Below, one piece after another: positions 12,860 through 27,119 of a stretch of 64,000 bases of DNA. Both the position numbers and the translations under genes were made by a program. Source of the stretch: Squalus acanthias (taxonomy: Eukaryota); contig CM059432.1 of the NCBI GenBank assembly GCA_030390025.1, positions 21,144,001 to 21,208,000 of the forward strand, given 5' to 3'. How positions within the stretch are numbered: the first letter of the stretch is position 1; each line of letters starts with the position of its first letter. Under the pieces are notes generated by a model. The model did no database searches. It saw only the letters and a list, made by a program, of their open reading frames with translations, and was not told where the DNA came from.

Positions 12860-15800
12860 CTGTAAGAATAAAAGTATAGAATCCGAAAAGGCCATTTGGT
12901 CAATTTATCATATTCCTTCGCCGACCCTGTAGATTTTGTTCTATCATAGATTCTGTCTAACCCAATTAATGTCTCTGTGGGGAAAATATCTTCTAATCTC
13001 TACTCTAGTGGGGGACTTGCTAATTTTGTACTTGTGTCCTCTAGTTCCGTGATTGAAATCTAAGTTGAATAACCTGTTTCTGTCTGTGTGTCCCTGAATC
13101 TTCTCTTCTTCAGTGAAAATAAGTTCAGTTCTTTGTGTCTTCTTTTATAATCTTTAGAGCCCTAAGTCCCAGAATAATCCTAGTCGCTCCTCCCTGAACT
13201 CTCTCCAATGTGTCAGTGTACCGTTGAAGGTAGGATGATAAAAATTGTACACAATAGTCTAAAGGGCTGATTTTATGAACTTGTGCTCCTAGCGTGGAGT
13301 TTAATTTTGCTGGAAGCTCGTATTGGGAATTTGGGCATGCATGATTTTCTGCCCATTAAAATTGATGGGCAGAAAATTTTGGAGGGCGTACCCAGATTCC
13401 TGATATGCAATCCCAGCAGAGAAAGCTTCATACTGGGAGCAGAATTAAGAAAGTTACCCTTAAATGTGCTGTTTAATCATGAGTTTTACGATCCTGTGAC
13501 AACGGACACCCCACTGTGTACATGTTTCATATTTATGTATATTTTCTTATCCTTTATCAAAATTAACAATGATTTGTCATTCCTTACCCATTTACTTAAT
13601 TTATACAGATGTCTTTGAAGGCTACAAATCATTCTGATTACCTAGCTATATAGTTTGGTGCCATTAGCAAATTTTATATTACAACAGTGTTCCTCCTGCA
13701 TCTCATTAATGAATAGTGTGAACATTAAGGGACCTAGAACACACCCCATGAAATTGCACCAGTCACTGCCCCCAGTCAGAGTTTATTTATTACTTTTTGC
13801 TCTCTATTCCCAAGCCAGTTTTCAGTACAGTTAGTTAATTTCTTAAAGACCCTTCATATGTTGGACTTTATCAGGTGCCTTCTAAAATTGTAAATGAATT
13901 ACACCAGCTGAACAGCTCTCGTCCTTTAATTAAGTTACCTCCTCAAAGAATTTCTGTAGATTTATGAGGCATGACCTATTTCTTCTAAAACCATGCTGAC
14001 TACTCCTTATCTCATAATGGCCTTTGTGTCGTTGAGATGGACATTATTAATGTCCTATAAAGTGCATTTGAGCAATTTGCCCACCATTAATGTTCGACTA
14101 ACTTGTCTATAATTCCCTGTTTCATGCCTCAGTCCTTTTTTGAACATAATGTTAGTCACTAACTCATAGTCCTCAGGTACAATTCTCATATTTAAAATGA
14201 TAGAAATTGCAGCTAGTAGGAAGCCATTCTTCCTATCATACTTGTGATGGTGCTGGCTCCTCAAATGGAGCAGTCTACTTTCATCCCATTTACCTGCCCT
14301 TGCCTTGAATCCTTTTATATTTGTCCTTTTCAAATACTTAGCCAATTCCTGTTTAAATAATATGGTTTATGCCTTGATGGCTACTTGTGGTAAAGCATTC
14401 ATGTTCAAATAGCCCTCTGTGAAAAAAAATCTTTTAACTTTTCCCTTCAATCTTCTAGTGAACGTTTTTAGAGTTTATGCCCCGATGTTACCGATTTGCC
14501 AAGTAGGGGAAACTTTAATCTTTAATTATTTATGTCTGAAGCCACTATTAAATCCCTCCTTAATCTTCTCCGATCCAGTTAAAAATGCTCCAGGGTTTTG
14601 AGCTTTTCTTCATAACTTACAACCTGCCATTCCTGGTACAATGCTAGTGAATCTCCGCTGTACCATTCCATGGCTCTTTTGTTTAATGCTTCCTATAATG
14701 GGGTTCCAAGAACTTCATGTAATATTTCAACTATAGCTGAACCAATGTCTTGCACAAATTCAACATCACTTCCTTTTGATTTTTGTATTCAATGCCCCTA
14801 AGTATAAAATTCAGAATCCCAGTTTCCACCTGCTCTCCCACGTCTCTACACCCATATATCTTTTTGTTCCTCCACTCCGATGTCCAATTTTAAGAACCTT
14901 GTGTTTAGAGTAAATGTTCTTTCACTGTTCTTTTTTCAACAATATGCATATACATTGAACAGTATCTGGTACCTATTGACTCACACTACTAACCTGCCCA
15001 TATCCTCCTGTAATTTCTTGCATTTGACAGCCTTGGTTCAACAGTAGACACTCAATAATCTCTATATCAGAAGGGCATTGGTTCAAGCCCCATCTAGGCT
15101 GATGAGGGAGTGCTGCATTGTTGGAGGTGTCATCTTTTGATGAGATGTTACATCAAGGCCCATGGCACTATTCAAAGAAGAGCAGGGGATTTGTTTTGAT
15201 GCCCCGGTCAACATTTGTCCCTCAACAAAACCATATTAACTGGTCATTTAGCTTATTGTTTGTGGGATCTTGCTGTGCATAAAGTTGGCTGCCATATTTG
15301 CCTACAAAACAGTAACTACAATTCAAAAGCAATTCATTGACTGTAAAGCGCTTTGGGGCATCCTGAGGACATGAAAGGTGGGATATAAATGCAAGTTATT
15401 TTTTATCTTTCACAGGTTACAATGCCACTTAATTTGGTAGCAAACCTTGTTTTGGTTCTTCTTGTGCCTATGTCCACATCATTTCGGTAAATATAAAACA
15501 AGACCGGCCTTAGCGCAGATAATTGGGGCACACCATCTTTAAAAAATTAATTTATCCCTACTCTCTGCTTTCTGTTCCCTAGCCATCTTTCTTATCCACA
15601 TGGCTTCATACAGTTTAATACAACGTGCCTTAAGTTTTGATTCAGTGACGCCTTATCAAATGCCTTGTGAAAAATTCTTACAATCAACCAAATTCCAAAT
15701 ATCTATGTATTCTGTGATTTCCTTGAAAAATTCAATAAAATTCATCAAGTACAATTTGCCTTTTACAAATCCATGCCGACTGTCCCAGATTAGCTCATAT

Positions 15801-16070
15801 CTTTTTAACTTTTCACTAATTTAATTCTGTATTATGAACTATAGAAATAAATGCACAACCAAGGCAAGACTAACTGGCCTATAATTTCCTAACTTGTTCC
15901 TTTTTTGAACAGGGGTGTAACATTTGCCACCCTTCAGCCCTTTGGCACAATTCCCATTTCCAAAAATATTAATGCAGCTCCTACAAATAATACTGAAATA
16001 CTTTTTACTCTGTTATTGCTTTTAAGAATCTGTCCCATCAGATCTAGATGCTATGCAGACATTTAAGCCT
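12860..16070 (-). mobile_element. Cluster of highly decayed CR1 fragments, interrupted by a SINE and a small MITE
   Basis: Remnants such as FKKG..GNYRQVSRT.MVGKLL (ORF 14055-14345), ccatgctgac (SQHG) and CR1 3' UTR-like text. Confidence 0.65.
15028..15405 (+). mobile_element. Decayed Deu-type SINE
   Basis: Colinear with 2587-3050. Confidence 0.75.
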
Positions 16071-16212
16071 GGAAGTTATGGTGAATGATTGCTTAATGTA
16101 TTTATACCAAATTCCCCTCTCTCCTATTTTACCAGAGGCATTAACTAGTTTATTTTAAGTGGGTTAGTACCTCAGTTGTAATATTGGGCAAAGAAATGCG
16201 ATAGTCACAAAC

Positions 16213-18003
16213 GGCTGGATTTTCCCTGCGGAGGCGGAATGACGGTGGGAGAGCTGGTTGGTGGTTTCCGGTCCCGCTCCCGTCTGCAGCCGCTCTCTGA
16301 AAAAGATTTTCCGTAGATTGGGCTTGTTAAGCCCGCCCTGCGAGGTTCCTGGCCAATTAACAGGAAGCGGGTCTGATGACGTCATTTGATGACGCTTTAT
16401 CAGCCGGCTTCCTGAAAGGGACCACAGCCACATTGATTTCGACAGTTGTGCTGTCAGTGTTCTGCAGCATTGAGGTGCTGCAAACACTCTGACTAGCACT
16501 GCACAAAGGTGCACGTCTGCACCCAGGCTCACGCATGACTCCCTCCATATGCTTATGGAGGGAGTGACAGCACACAGGGAGATTCTCTTCCCTTCCCATG
16601 GGCGGAAGAGACCTCCCCAGGAGATCAACGCAGCCTGGTTGCACAGGAGGGCACAAGCAGGGATGTCGTCAGGAGGACCAGGCTGCAGTGACGCCAACCT
16701 TTCAATGATCTCAGTAGATCACGAAACGTTAGTACAAAGCCACACTCAACCTCATCCTGCTGTGCCACTCATCACATCCCCATCACTCTGCCTTCCCTAC
16801 CCTACTCCTGCACATCCTTACTCACACTAACTTACCTTGCACCTCCACTCATCCCTCTCTATCTACATTATCACTTCCCCATCTCACTAGCCACCCCTCA
16901 CACTCACCCTCATCCTATTGCAAGCATACCAACTAACAGCACACAAGGGTAGGCACTTGAGAGGTTTAGCCAATGTTCATGTGAAGTTTCTGGTAATGTG
17001 TTATCACACAGTGAAATCTATATTTTCAACACTTCACTTTATTGGACAGATTTGTGCGCACCTTTGGAAGTGTCTTATTGAGTTTCAGTGAATGTTGAGA
17101 CATAACTCCCCCCCCACCCCATCACCCTCCTCCCCGCTATAGTGATGAGTGTGAAAGGAATGACTTGGACATTAAAGGAATGCTTCACGATGCTGGTGTG
17201 GGATGGTGTCCGCCTGGCGCATCATGTGGCAGCCAGAGTGTACAGCATCAAGTGAAGTAAATCTGGCCATGGGGATGCCATCGCTGGCCTCCCGGGCAGC
17301 AATGTTGTCAGGTGCTGATGCCCTGTGTCCTGTGCAGCATCAGGTAATGGCGGAGAAGGTTGGTGATGTTGGTGTGCCTGGTGATGTTGGTGTTGGGGCT
17401 GATCATGGAAGGATTCAGAGGACCAAGGTGTGATTTTTTTTTTTTTTAAGGGCACCGATGTTGCTGCAATAGATGGCAGCTACAGGTGAGATGACAGAAG
17501 TGATCTGTCAATGGTGAGAGAGGTTGTTCCAATGAGATGGCACTGGATATGGCTCTAAACACTTGCAAGCTAAAGAAATCTCGAAATGTCTTACAAATGC
17601 AGTAACCAACAGTTTCTGAGCTCTGAAACTGAACATCTGCAACTTGGTATCCTTTGTAGCACTTCTGCAGCTGTCAGGTTATCAGATACATTAAAGCAGA
17701 CTCAACTCACGCCAGGGTGAGCTGGCGTGTTCCCTGAGCAGCGGGTAACCCGTGGGGGAGCACGTAAAATTACACGGTAGGCTCAAAATAGCATTAAATT
17801 GGCTCTTAACAAGCCATTTAATGAACTCAGTTGTCTCCCCTGCCGCTTGGTGTCGGGTCAGTTCTGCGCAGACAAACCCAAAACCTGGGAGACTCGCGTG
17901 GAGGCGGGTTGACAGCGGGTTTCCTACCCGCTGTCAATCTTTGCTATTTTGACAGCGGACCCGCCTCCAAACCCGCACTCTGAGCGCCGGCAAAATCCAG
18001 CCC
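16213..18003. mobile_element. Internally deleted PIF/Harbinger element with Myb/SANT-like gene remnant (+) and putative transposase-end remnants (-)
   Basis: TIR ggctggatttt / aaaatccagccc; APRLTHDSLHMLMEGVTAHREILFPSHGRKRP..AAWL..RRT.LQ.R..FNDL remnant at about 16515-16730. Confidence 0.75.
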
Positions 18004-18707
18004 TTAAGTGTTTGTACATTATTATCATGCAGTATGACTTCCAGACTTTAATTCCTTGAATTTCTTCACTGAAAAGATGCTTTGCCAACTTAGACATATG
18101 GTGCAGACTCATGGGACCAAAATGACTGGATCTGGAATTTGTTCACTATATTTTCATTTTTGAAGACAAATAATTAATTTAACAATTTCTTGGCCCTTGA
18201 TACTTTACCTAACTTATCCCTTAAATGGTGTTAACACTATACACTGGTTAAAATATATGTTTAGGTCTTAAAATAGATTGAAAAAAAAAATCCCTTGACC
18301 CTCCCAGTGATCACAAAGATCACAAAAAATGTACAGAGTGGGGGGGTGGGGGAGTGGAAGCGATTCAGCCAATCATAGGATGGGAACTGAACAGGTGCTT
18401 GTGTTGAAAGAGAGAGAAATGAGAGAGGGAATCCGTCTCTTCTCTCATTATCATAGGCTCCCAATGGAATTTCTGAGTGCCACATTTTTCACAATTGGGG
18501 AAAAAAAGAGGCTCACAGTTGCCCCCAGATATCGTCAGCTAAATCTTCTGGAGAAGAGGAGGATGATCAGCATCCCATCTTTCTAAGGACAGTAAGACCA
18601 ACCCTCCCTCTTGCCCAAGTTGCATTCTTGAGCAACAGCTGGCTGTGGGAGAGCAAGAGGAGAAGAGACAACGAAGAGAAACCATACAAAGACCCGGAGA
18701 GAAGGAA

Positions 18708-18860
18708 TCATAGAATGGTTGCAGCACAGAAGGAGGCCATTTGACCTGTCGAGCCCGTGCCGGCTCTCTGCAAGACCAATTCAGCTAGTCCCACTCCCTT
18801 GCCCTATCCCCGTAGCCCTGCAAAAAATTTTCCTTCAGGTACTTATCCAATTCCCTTTTC
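18708..18860 (-). mobile_element. CR1 3' end fragment
   Basis: atcatagaatggttgcagcacagaaggaggccatt tail, same type as 50000-50120. Confidence 0.7.
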
Positions 18861-19954
18861 AGCCCATGTAGCTCAACCTTTCATAGAAACTTACAGTTCT
18901 GTCCACCACAGCATCCAACTGCCTTTTGAGTGATTCCAGAGATTTTTCCACAGCTACCCAAATATCCAAAGACTGCTTCAGGCATTAATCACTCTTACTT
19001 TGGAGAAGTGTTTCCTGATATCAGTCTTGAACTTGCTTTTTACTATTTTGTACCTAGATGCCCTTGAGGTTTAACTTGAAATAGTGCTTAGAAATAACCT
19101 TTTCTATTCCACTTAGTGTCTTATATGCCTCTGTAATATCCTTTCTCAGTCTCCTCCTTTCAACAATGAAGAATCCAAGTGTCTTTTTTTTCAAATTTGA
19201 GTTATGAATGAACCCTTACCTGACTCCATGGGGTAGAATTTCTGTGGAGATTCCCCAATCTCCCACCGTAACCTTTGCAGAAGATCGACGGAAACCCTGG
19301 AGAAACGGTATAAATGGCGCAAAGCTTAACACTGTATTGAAATACATCGATTGAAATATTGCAAAAGTGTTCATAAAAAATGTCCACTGAAGGCACTTCC
19401 AGCAAAACTGCGAGCATATTCTGAAAGAGCAGCTCAGGAATGACTGCTTGTGGTCCCAGCACACGAACACTTAACACGTCCATAGGACTATTCTCTACCC
19501 ATGATTCACATTTAACTATTATCCTCTTTGTTTTAAAGAGATGCAGACAACTCTCCCACTGATCTACTTGCCATCGTCATTGCACTCTTTCTTTAATTAA
19601 CGGCTTCATTCTTATTAAGTACTGTATTCACAGTTAATGCCGAGCCACCTCCTGCCTCCTTTGTGAATAATAGCAAAAACTGCTGGAAGTGCACAGTAGG
19701 CAATCAGCCAATATCTGAAAGAGAAGATAAGTCAATATTTTGGATGGAACTTTTCATCATCATTCCGAAGAAAAGTTTGTGTTTCAGTTGCAACCATTCT
19801 TCCATATACAGACCGATCTGTGCTGTACAATGCTGGAAATAACAACGGTACAAGTGACAAAACACATATTTAGTTTGAGTGAGTTTTCCGTGACCATTCC
19901 CTGAAAGAAAAATTAGTTTAAGTTCCTCATTATCCTAAGCTTGGCTTCTATTAC

Positions 19955-21305
19955 AGCAACAACTTGCATTTATATAGCAATCTTTAGCATAGGAAAACAT
20001 CCCAAGGCGCTTCACAGGAGTATAATCAGACAACAATTGACACTGAGCCAAAACAGGAGATATTGGGACAGGTGACTAAAAGCTTGGTAAAGGATGTATG
20101 TTTTAAGGAGGGTCTTAAAGGAGGAGAGAGAGGTAGAGAGACTGAGAGGTTTAGGGAGGGAATTCCAGAGCTTGAGGCCTAGCCAGGTGAAAGCACGGCC
20201 GACAATGGTGGGGCAAAGGAGTGGGGATGCAGAAGAGACCAGAGTTGGAGGGATGCAGAGTACTAGGAGGGTTGTAGGGCTGGAGGAGGTAACAGGGATA
20301 GGATGGGGAGAAGCCGTGATTTGAGCACGTGGATGCGAATTTAAAATTTGAAGCGTAGGTGGACTTGGAGCCAATGTAGGTCAGTGAGCACAAGGGTGAT
20401 AGGTGAGCGGAACTTGGTGTGCGTTTAAAAAATGAGCAGCAGAGTTTTGGTTGAGCTCAAGTTTATGGAGGTTTATGAAGCTGGGAGGCTGGCCAGGAGA
20501 GCTTTGGAATAGTCGCACCTGGAGGTAACAAAAGAATGGATGATGGTTGTCGCAGCAGATAAGCTGAGACAAGGGCGCTGTTACAGAGGTGGAGACAGGC
20601 TGTCTTTGTGCTGGGGAGGATATGGAGTCGGAAGCTCAACTCAGGATCAAATAGGATGCTAAGGTTGCGAACAGTCTTGTTCAGCCTTAGACAGTGGCCG
20701 TGGAGGTGGATGAAATCAGAGGCGAGGGAACGGAGCTTGTGGCAGGGGCCGAAGACAATGGCTTCAGGCTTCCCAATGTTTAATTGGAGGAAATTGCAGC
20801 TCATCCAGGACTGGATGTCGGATAAGCAGTCTTAACAACACAGAGGTAGTGGAGAGGTTGAGAGTGGTGGTGGTGTGGTAGAGCTGGTTGTTGTCAGCTT
20901 ACACGTGGAGCTTGACGTCATGTTTTCGGATGATGTCACTGAGAGGTGACTTGGAGACGAGAAATCGGTGGGGGCTATGGATGCATCCTTGAGGGCCCCA
21001 GAGGTAGTGCGGGGGGCGAGAAGAGAAGCCATTAAAGGAGATTCTCTGGCTCTGATCGGATCGGTAACTGGAATCAGTGAGGGCAGTCCCACTCAGCTGA
21101 ACAATGGACAAGAGACTTTGGAGAAGGATGGTATGGTCGACCGTGACAAAGGCTGAAGAAAGGTCGAGAAGGATGAGGAGGGATAGTGCACCGTGGTCAC
21201 AGTCACATAGGATGTCATCTGTGACTTTGTACAGGGCAGTTTCAGTGCTGAGGCAGGAGCGGAAACCTGATGGGAGAGGTTCAAACATGGAATTGCGGGA
21301 ATGAT
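19955..21305 (-). mobile_element. 5'-truncated L2 LINE (RT C-terminal half and tail)
   Basis: Frameshifted peptides SGFRSCLSTETALYKV..LLILLDLSSAF.TVDH, WMSCNFLQLNIGK.E, LWNSLP; tail GCTATATAAATGCAAGTTGTTG on minus strand. Confidence 0.85.
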
Positions 21306-22775
21306 GGGCACGGATTCCCAATTATTATACGGGAATCTTTAAAGAATGTATAGGATGCTATTGCAGAAAGAATACAACTATTATTTTCATTTGTGTGATG
21401 TAGACTGACGTACAAGTCCACCATGTTTCAGCACTCCTCTACTCTGTACTGGAATTGATCACCGCATCGTCCAGCTCTTTCATACTGTCAACTTGCTCAG
21501 CAAACAACGCAAATAAAAGCTTCCATCATAGTTTGAGTATTCATTGTTTTGCCTTTAAAGATTACTATAACTGCAGGAGTAAATTTGGTCAGTGAGTGCC
21601 AAACAAGCACATAAAAAATCCTGATATAACTAGAGTTTCCCCTCCGACCTAGTAAAATAGATTGCTGGCAGTGAATCACAGTAGAATTTAAGTCAGTTAA
21701 GTCTGATCATGGCAGACTGTAAGAAGCTGTGAACATTTGTAAAAGTGTGCGTTAAGTATACTTCAATCACCTCATCCAAAGTAAAACAAAAGGTAAATAA
21801 GTGGTGTTGGAGCATTCCTGTTGATCAGCCCGAGTGCCATTTTGGAGCCGTGCTAGTTGCTGCCTCACAGTCCTCTCTCCTCCCCAGTCCAAACCCTGAT
21901 CTGGTTTATATAATGCAATCCTTTCACATCTATCATTGTGCTTTGACCCAAAGTGATTTCAGAGCACCATCTTCATGAATAAGTGCTTGGCAAACCTTTT
22001 TGTACGGGAGTGCCATTATACTCAGAATGACATCTGCTGCAAGTGATGCGACAAGCATTTCAGAATGATTTATGTCTTTATGTTATGTGACTGTGAACAA
22101 ATGAAATGTGTTTGTAATGTTTTCTCATTTTAAGAAGTGCTACTTCAATAACCTTTTACATTTAAACATTGTTTTTTTTTATCTGTGTTCATCAAGAAAG
22201 TTAATTTAACACTTTCCATTTCAGCCACTCAGCGTCAGCATGAAGCATTCCCAGGTCAGGTATAACACAGTTAGACGCAGAGTAAAGTCCTATACCAACA
22301 AAGCATCTCAGTCCTAACCTCATGAGAGTGCCGCTTGCTGTAGCAGTGTGACGTTATTTAATTTCCCACATCAGCCATCCTGCGGCAGTTCTGAAAGAGA
22401 TTGCCAAATTAGGGCAATTGTGTGCTGTGGCTCATGCCTTCAAGGAACTGAGTTGAGACTGCCTAAACTGATTTAGCATAATACCTTAACAACCAGCAGA
22501 CAGAAAAGACTTTAATATCATCAGTCTGGACGAGATGTTAGCTGGGTTCCAGAGGTTAAAGAATAACATCGAACCCACTGTCCAGAACTTCCCTGGCCCC
22601 TCACAGCATAGTTTTAATCTGATGATGAGTACCTGGGGCACAGTAATGATTATGATGAAGTGCTGTATTGTTCTTTAAAATTAAATTAAATTAGAAGTTA
22701 CCAGTCACACCTGTATCATAATTCGATGTTCATTTTTGAACGGATGCTGCTAATTGTTTCTTTTTTGATTTCTAG

Positions 22776-22811
22776 AGAAGAAAATCCAGGTACGCTGAAT
22801 TAGATTTTGAG
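22776..22811 (+). CDS. ADGRB1: ADGRB1 36-nt exon RRKSRYAELDFE
   Basis: tctag|AGA...GAG|gtgagc; in frame; followed by a 101-nt intron. Confidence 0.95.
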
Positions 22812-22912
22812 GTGAGCCCTTTCTTTACTCTCAGATTCACTAATTAAGTGCTGACTCTGTGCCTGAGGCCTCTTAGCTACATTTTTACTAATGCCTTGCT
22901 TTCTATCTCTAG

Positions 22913-23017
22913 AAAATAATGCACACAAGAAAACGGCATCAAGACATGTTCCAGGATCTAAACAGGAAACTTCAGCATGCCGAGAAAGATCGAGAATCTC
23001 CTACAGTTGACAGCAAA
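22913..23017 (+). CDS. ADGRB1: ADGRB1 exon [35 protein letters not shown] (ELMO-binding RKR helix)
   Basis: ctctag|AAA...AAA|gtaaga; 105 nt; conserved BAI1 helix. Confidence 0.95.
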
Positions 23018-23886
23018 GTAAGAATGGGTATTTCTAATCCAGAAGGGCTCAGCTACATTTTGTTGGGGCCCATGAGGCAAACAGACTCCTAGTGAAGGCC
23101 ACAACTTTTCTACATTGTTGCTGTAATTCAGTGTTGCTCTCAAGATTTTCCAAAGTCTTGTCAATAATGTAACAAACTGCACCAAGAGAGATGGAATGAG
23201 GATCCCTTAGCCATTCCCCAGTGACCCAGTCCAAACCCATACAGTAAGGGCGGTTTGGGTGGTTCAAAGAAACTCTTAAATTAAATGCAAATTGTTTGGG
23301 AAAACACTTCAACAACAAAAAACAGTCACTGGATACCAGAACCTATTTGAAACATATTTTCACCTTTTACTTTCCCTGATAAATGAAAACCCACTTTTAA
23401 AAGGTTCTGAAGCTGTCACAGTCACATCCATTGCATTCATTTTAATTTAAATCACCTGGCTTTATATTTCAGTAGTAAAGTTGTCCTTAAGTCAACCTGA
23501 TTGGAGAATCGAGAATGATTGACAGGAAAAGGAGCTGGATTGTGGTTGATTGACCCACAATACAAGATCCATATAGTAGCTAGGTGGAGAATAGTTGACA
23601 ACCACAAGTGTCACGCAGGGATGGTGTTAAATGGATTGTTATCTGAAGAGAATTTGAGCAACCAAGCAGTTGTTGAGAGGGTCAGATCACTTTGATCAGA
23701 GGGAAGTAGAAATTTGCCAACACCTTTGTCTTGGGTGAGAATGTGCTCCCATCAGAGCTGTCACTAGCTGTGCAGTTCCTTCCAAATATAATTTTTATAC
23801 ATTTTTGTTGGCATTTATGAGCTACTGCTAAAACCAACTAATTAATTTCCTACTGAGCATGTTCTGGGTGTGAAATTGGACATGCC

Positions 23887-24319
23887 AGCCTTGGCTCAGT
23901 GGTAGCACTCATATTTCTGAATCAGAAGGTCATGAGTTCAAGCAGAGACTTCAACGCATAATCTAGGCTGACATTTCAGTGCCATACTGAGGGCGCGCTA
24001 CACTTTTAGAGATGCCGTTTGATGACATAGTAATCTGTCTGTCTGCTCAGGTGGATGTAAAAGATCCCATAGCACTGAAGCAGATCAGGAAAGTTCTCCC
24101 AGTGTCTTGGTCCAACATTTATTCCTCAACTAACAGCACCAAAACAGATTCTCTGGTTATTTATTTCTGCTGTTTTTGGAGCCTTGTTGTGCAAAATGGC
24201 TGCCACAATGAACTACATTACAACAGTGTCAATACTTCAGAAGTACTTCATTAGCTGTGAAGCACTTTGGGGGATCCTGAAGATGTAAAAGGCGCTATAT
24301 AAACGCAAGTCTTTTTTTT
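23887..24319 (+). mobile_element. Deu-type SINE
   Basis: Colinear with 2587-3050 from tRNA head to tail. Confidence 0.8.
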
Positions 24320-25146
24320 GCACCAAAATGTAGGCTGCGTGTGGACAGATGCCGACCTAGAGGGAAGAGTAAATATAAGTGAGGGCAGAAAGGTGTGCCT
24401 GCTATAAAATGAGGCTAGGGTGCAAAGAGTTCATGCAAACATGAGCAAAGGCATTGTGTGAGGTGCAGGTAAGGTGTTTTTCTTGCTGGCAGTATTCACG
24501 TGGAAGCTGTAGATAAAATGTGAAAATAGCGTGCAAATAGGGCGTGTGTCTGGGCTGGCTGTGAAAGGCACGTTTAGACAGGTCACAGAGAATGCACAGA
24601 TGAGGACAGAGTTTGTGAAGAGCATGTGTGTAAACTGTAGTGCAGATGCAATGGAAAATCGTCGAATGCCAAATTAATAAAGAAGTGATTCCTTTGGGAC
24701 ATATCCCATCTTTGCAACCTCCATTTTAAAAAAAAAAAGCAAATACCACTAAGTAATCGGACTAATATTTTCTCGCCAGGATCGGGGAGAAAATATTAGT
24801 CAATTAAGTTTTATTAGAATGAAGATTGACTGTCATTACTAAGAGCAGTGATCATAAATGGTCATTTAAGGGCCAATTTTCTGAGTTTGCGGATAGTCCT
24901 CCCTGATGGCAGAGAAACTTGGAAAATCACCCCATGAGATCTAAGCTTATTAAACATTAATAGAGAATAAATAACTTTGGTTCTTAACCCACAGCATTAC
25001 TGTCCTCTTTAAGTACTTAACTGTAGAGCATCTCTGAGTTTAGTTTAAAAAGCAAAAAAGATAAGGGTTTGCTTGAAAAACATTCCCATCATCAAATCCC
25101 ACATCTTTTCTGAGTTATCGGATCTCAGCTGAGGTAGTGGCCAATA

Positions 25147-25568
25147 AAAAAAGAAATTGCATTTATATAGCACATTCCAAAGTGCTTCACAGCCACTTAA
25201 TTATTTTTGAAGGGTGGACACTGTAGTCTAATAGGCAAATGCGGCAGCCAATTTGGATCGAGCAAGGCCTCATAAACAGCAGATGAGATAAATTAACCAT
25301 TAATCTGTTTTTGTTGATGTTGGTTGAGGGATAAATGATGGCAAGAAACTAAGAAAGCTCCCTGAATTGCAAATCATGCCTCAGGGTCTTTTATGACAGG
25401 GCCTCCGTTTAACATCTCGTCTGAAAGACAGCACCTCCAGTAGTGCAGTACTACCTCAGTACGGCACACAAGTATCAGTTTAGAATAAGTGCTTAAGGCC
25501 TAGAGTGGGGCTTGAACCCACAACCTCCTGACTTAAAGGTGAGTGCTACCACTGGGTCAAGCTAACAC
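25147..25568 (-). mobile_element. Deu-type SINE
   Basis: Reverse-complement copy: tail at 25150, tRNA head near 25500-25565. Confidence 0.75.
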
Positions 25569-25853
25569 TATGCAATTGAGCACAGCATCCGTGGACTTGG
25601 AAGGGAAAGAACATCTGTGAGCATTTCCACATCCTGGTCCCCCTTACTGTTAACTCTGCTGAAGAGGGTGCAGGTGTAAACGTCATTCATTCACAATCAT
25701 TGGGAAGTGTTTTTGATTACTTCAGCAATCAACTGCTGACCAGCTGTATTTCCCATCCCTACACTCGGTCAGACTTCAGTATTATTTTTCCCCTCCAATC
25801 TGCTGCTTTCCGATCAGTTGTCGGGGTATTATTCAAGTGTAACTTGTTAGATT

Positions 25854-26507
25854 GGGCTGGATTTTGATACTGGGGCGGGTTGGGGTCGTGTCATCCACTT
25901 TTCGTGTTATCCACCCGACTGCAATTGGATGTGGGAGATTGATGCAATTTTCACCTAATTGGGCAATTGAGTTCCAGCATGTGGGAACCCATGAACCAAT
26001 TAGTGTTTTCAGTCTGAAAGTCGCCTCTGATGATGTCATCATTGCTGCTGCATTGGAGGTCTGCAAAGACTGCCTGGCCTTTGCTGTGAGAGGACCTGGA
26101 TACAAAATGAGCAGCAGCAGCCCTAAGTCTGCTCCCAGATATTTTTGCACCACCACTCCCAGATCTGTCTCCTCCTCTCCATCCATCCAGCCAGCCACTG
26201 ATAGTCAGCTATCCAAATGTGCTTCCGCCAGGTTTCACATTCGTGGTTCAGAACAGGCGTGCTTCACGTAGAAAAAGGGTTAAAATCACAAAGGCCTTTC
26301 AAAATGGCATTATAGAGGCAATTTAGTGTTTGTTAAGGGCCTTAACAGCCTATCCCGCCTCTTGGAGGCGGGTCGGAGTCGGGACCAGCAGACACGATTT
26401 AATGAAAATTGCATGGAGGCGGGCTTGTGCCCGCCTGCCAGTTTTCGCAATTTTAACCCCCCACACGCCTCCAAACCCGCCTCCACGGGTCAATGAAAAT
26501 CCAGCCC
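25854..26507. mobile_element. Harbinger-type MITE
   Basis: Perfect 12-bp TIR GGGCTGGATTTT/AAAATCCAGCCC with 3-bp TSD ATT. Confidence 0.85.
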
Positions 26508-27119
26508 ATTGTGTCAGTTTCGCAAGTTGGGCTACAAACCTAACATACCATTTTATCAATTACATCTTCAGTTATAATCAGTAACAATGCCACTGCATCT
26601 ACACATGTATCAGAAAACTGCTTCCAATGGCAAAATGTAATTTTGTAAAAACAAATAGACCCAGATTTCTGATGGAGCATTAAATGGAGGGTGGTGGGGG
26701 GGGGTGTATATTTCTGGGTAGCAAAGTCGGACAGGAGCTGTTTCTGTCAGTTTTCCTCCAGCTCTGTGATCTAACCCATCCTCACTGACACTATCTAATT
26801 TCCCCTTGGTTGAAATTATCTGAGCTGGTGTGTGGGAATGCAAAAGCAAGCAGTTCAGCGAGTTAGTTTAAAGGGATTGTGGCAGAGGAATAAAGACCTT
26901 GGCCCAGGGTTGCGTGGGTGGGCTTCTCCCTCACATCCTCTCCCTCTTCATCATCCTTCTTGGTATCAGCACCCTCATTGTCCACGAGGAATAAGATCTG
27001 TCTCTCCTGATCCTCTTCATTATCTTCCTCTTCATCATTCCCCCCCCGCCCCCCTCCCTACTGTCACAGCTGTGGAAAGAAAGCTACAAGCTGAGGATGG
27101 GTGAGTGTAACATGCTTGG

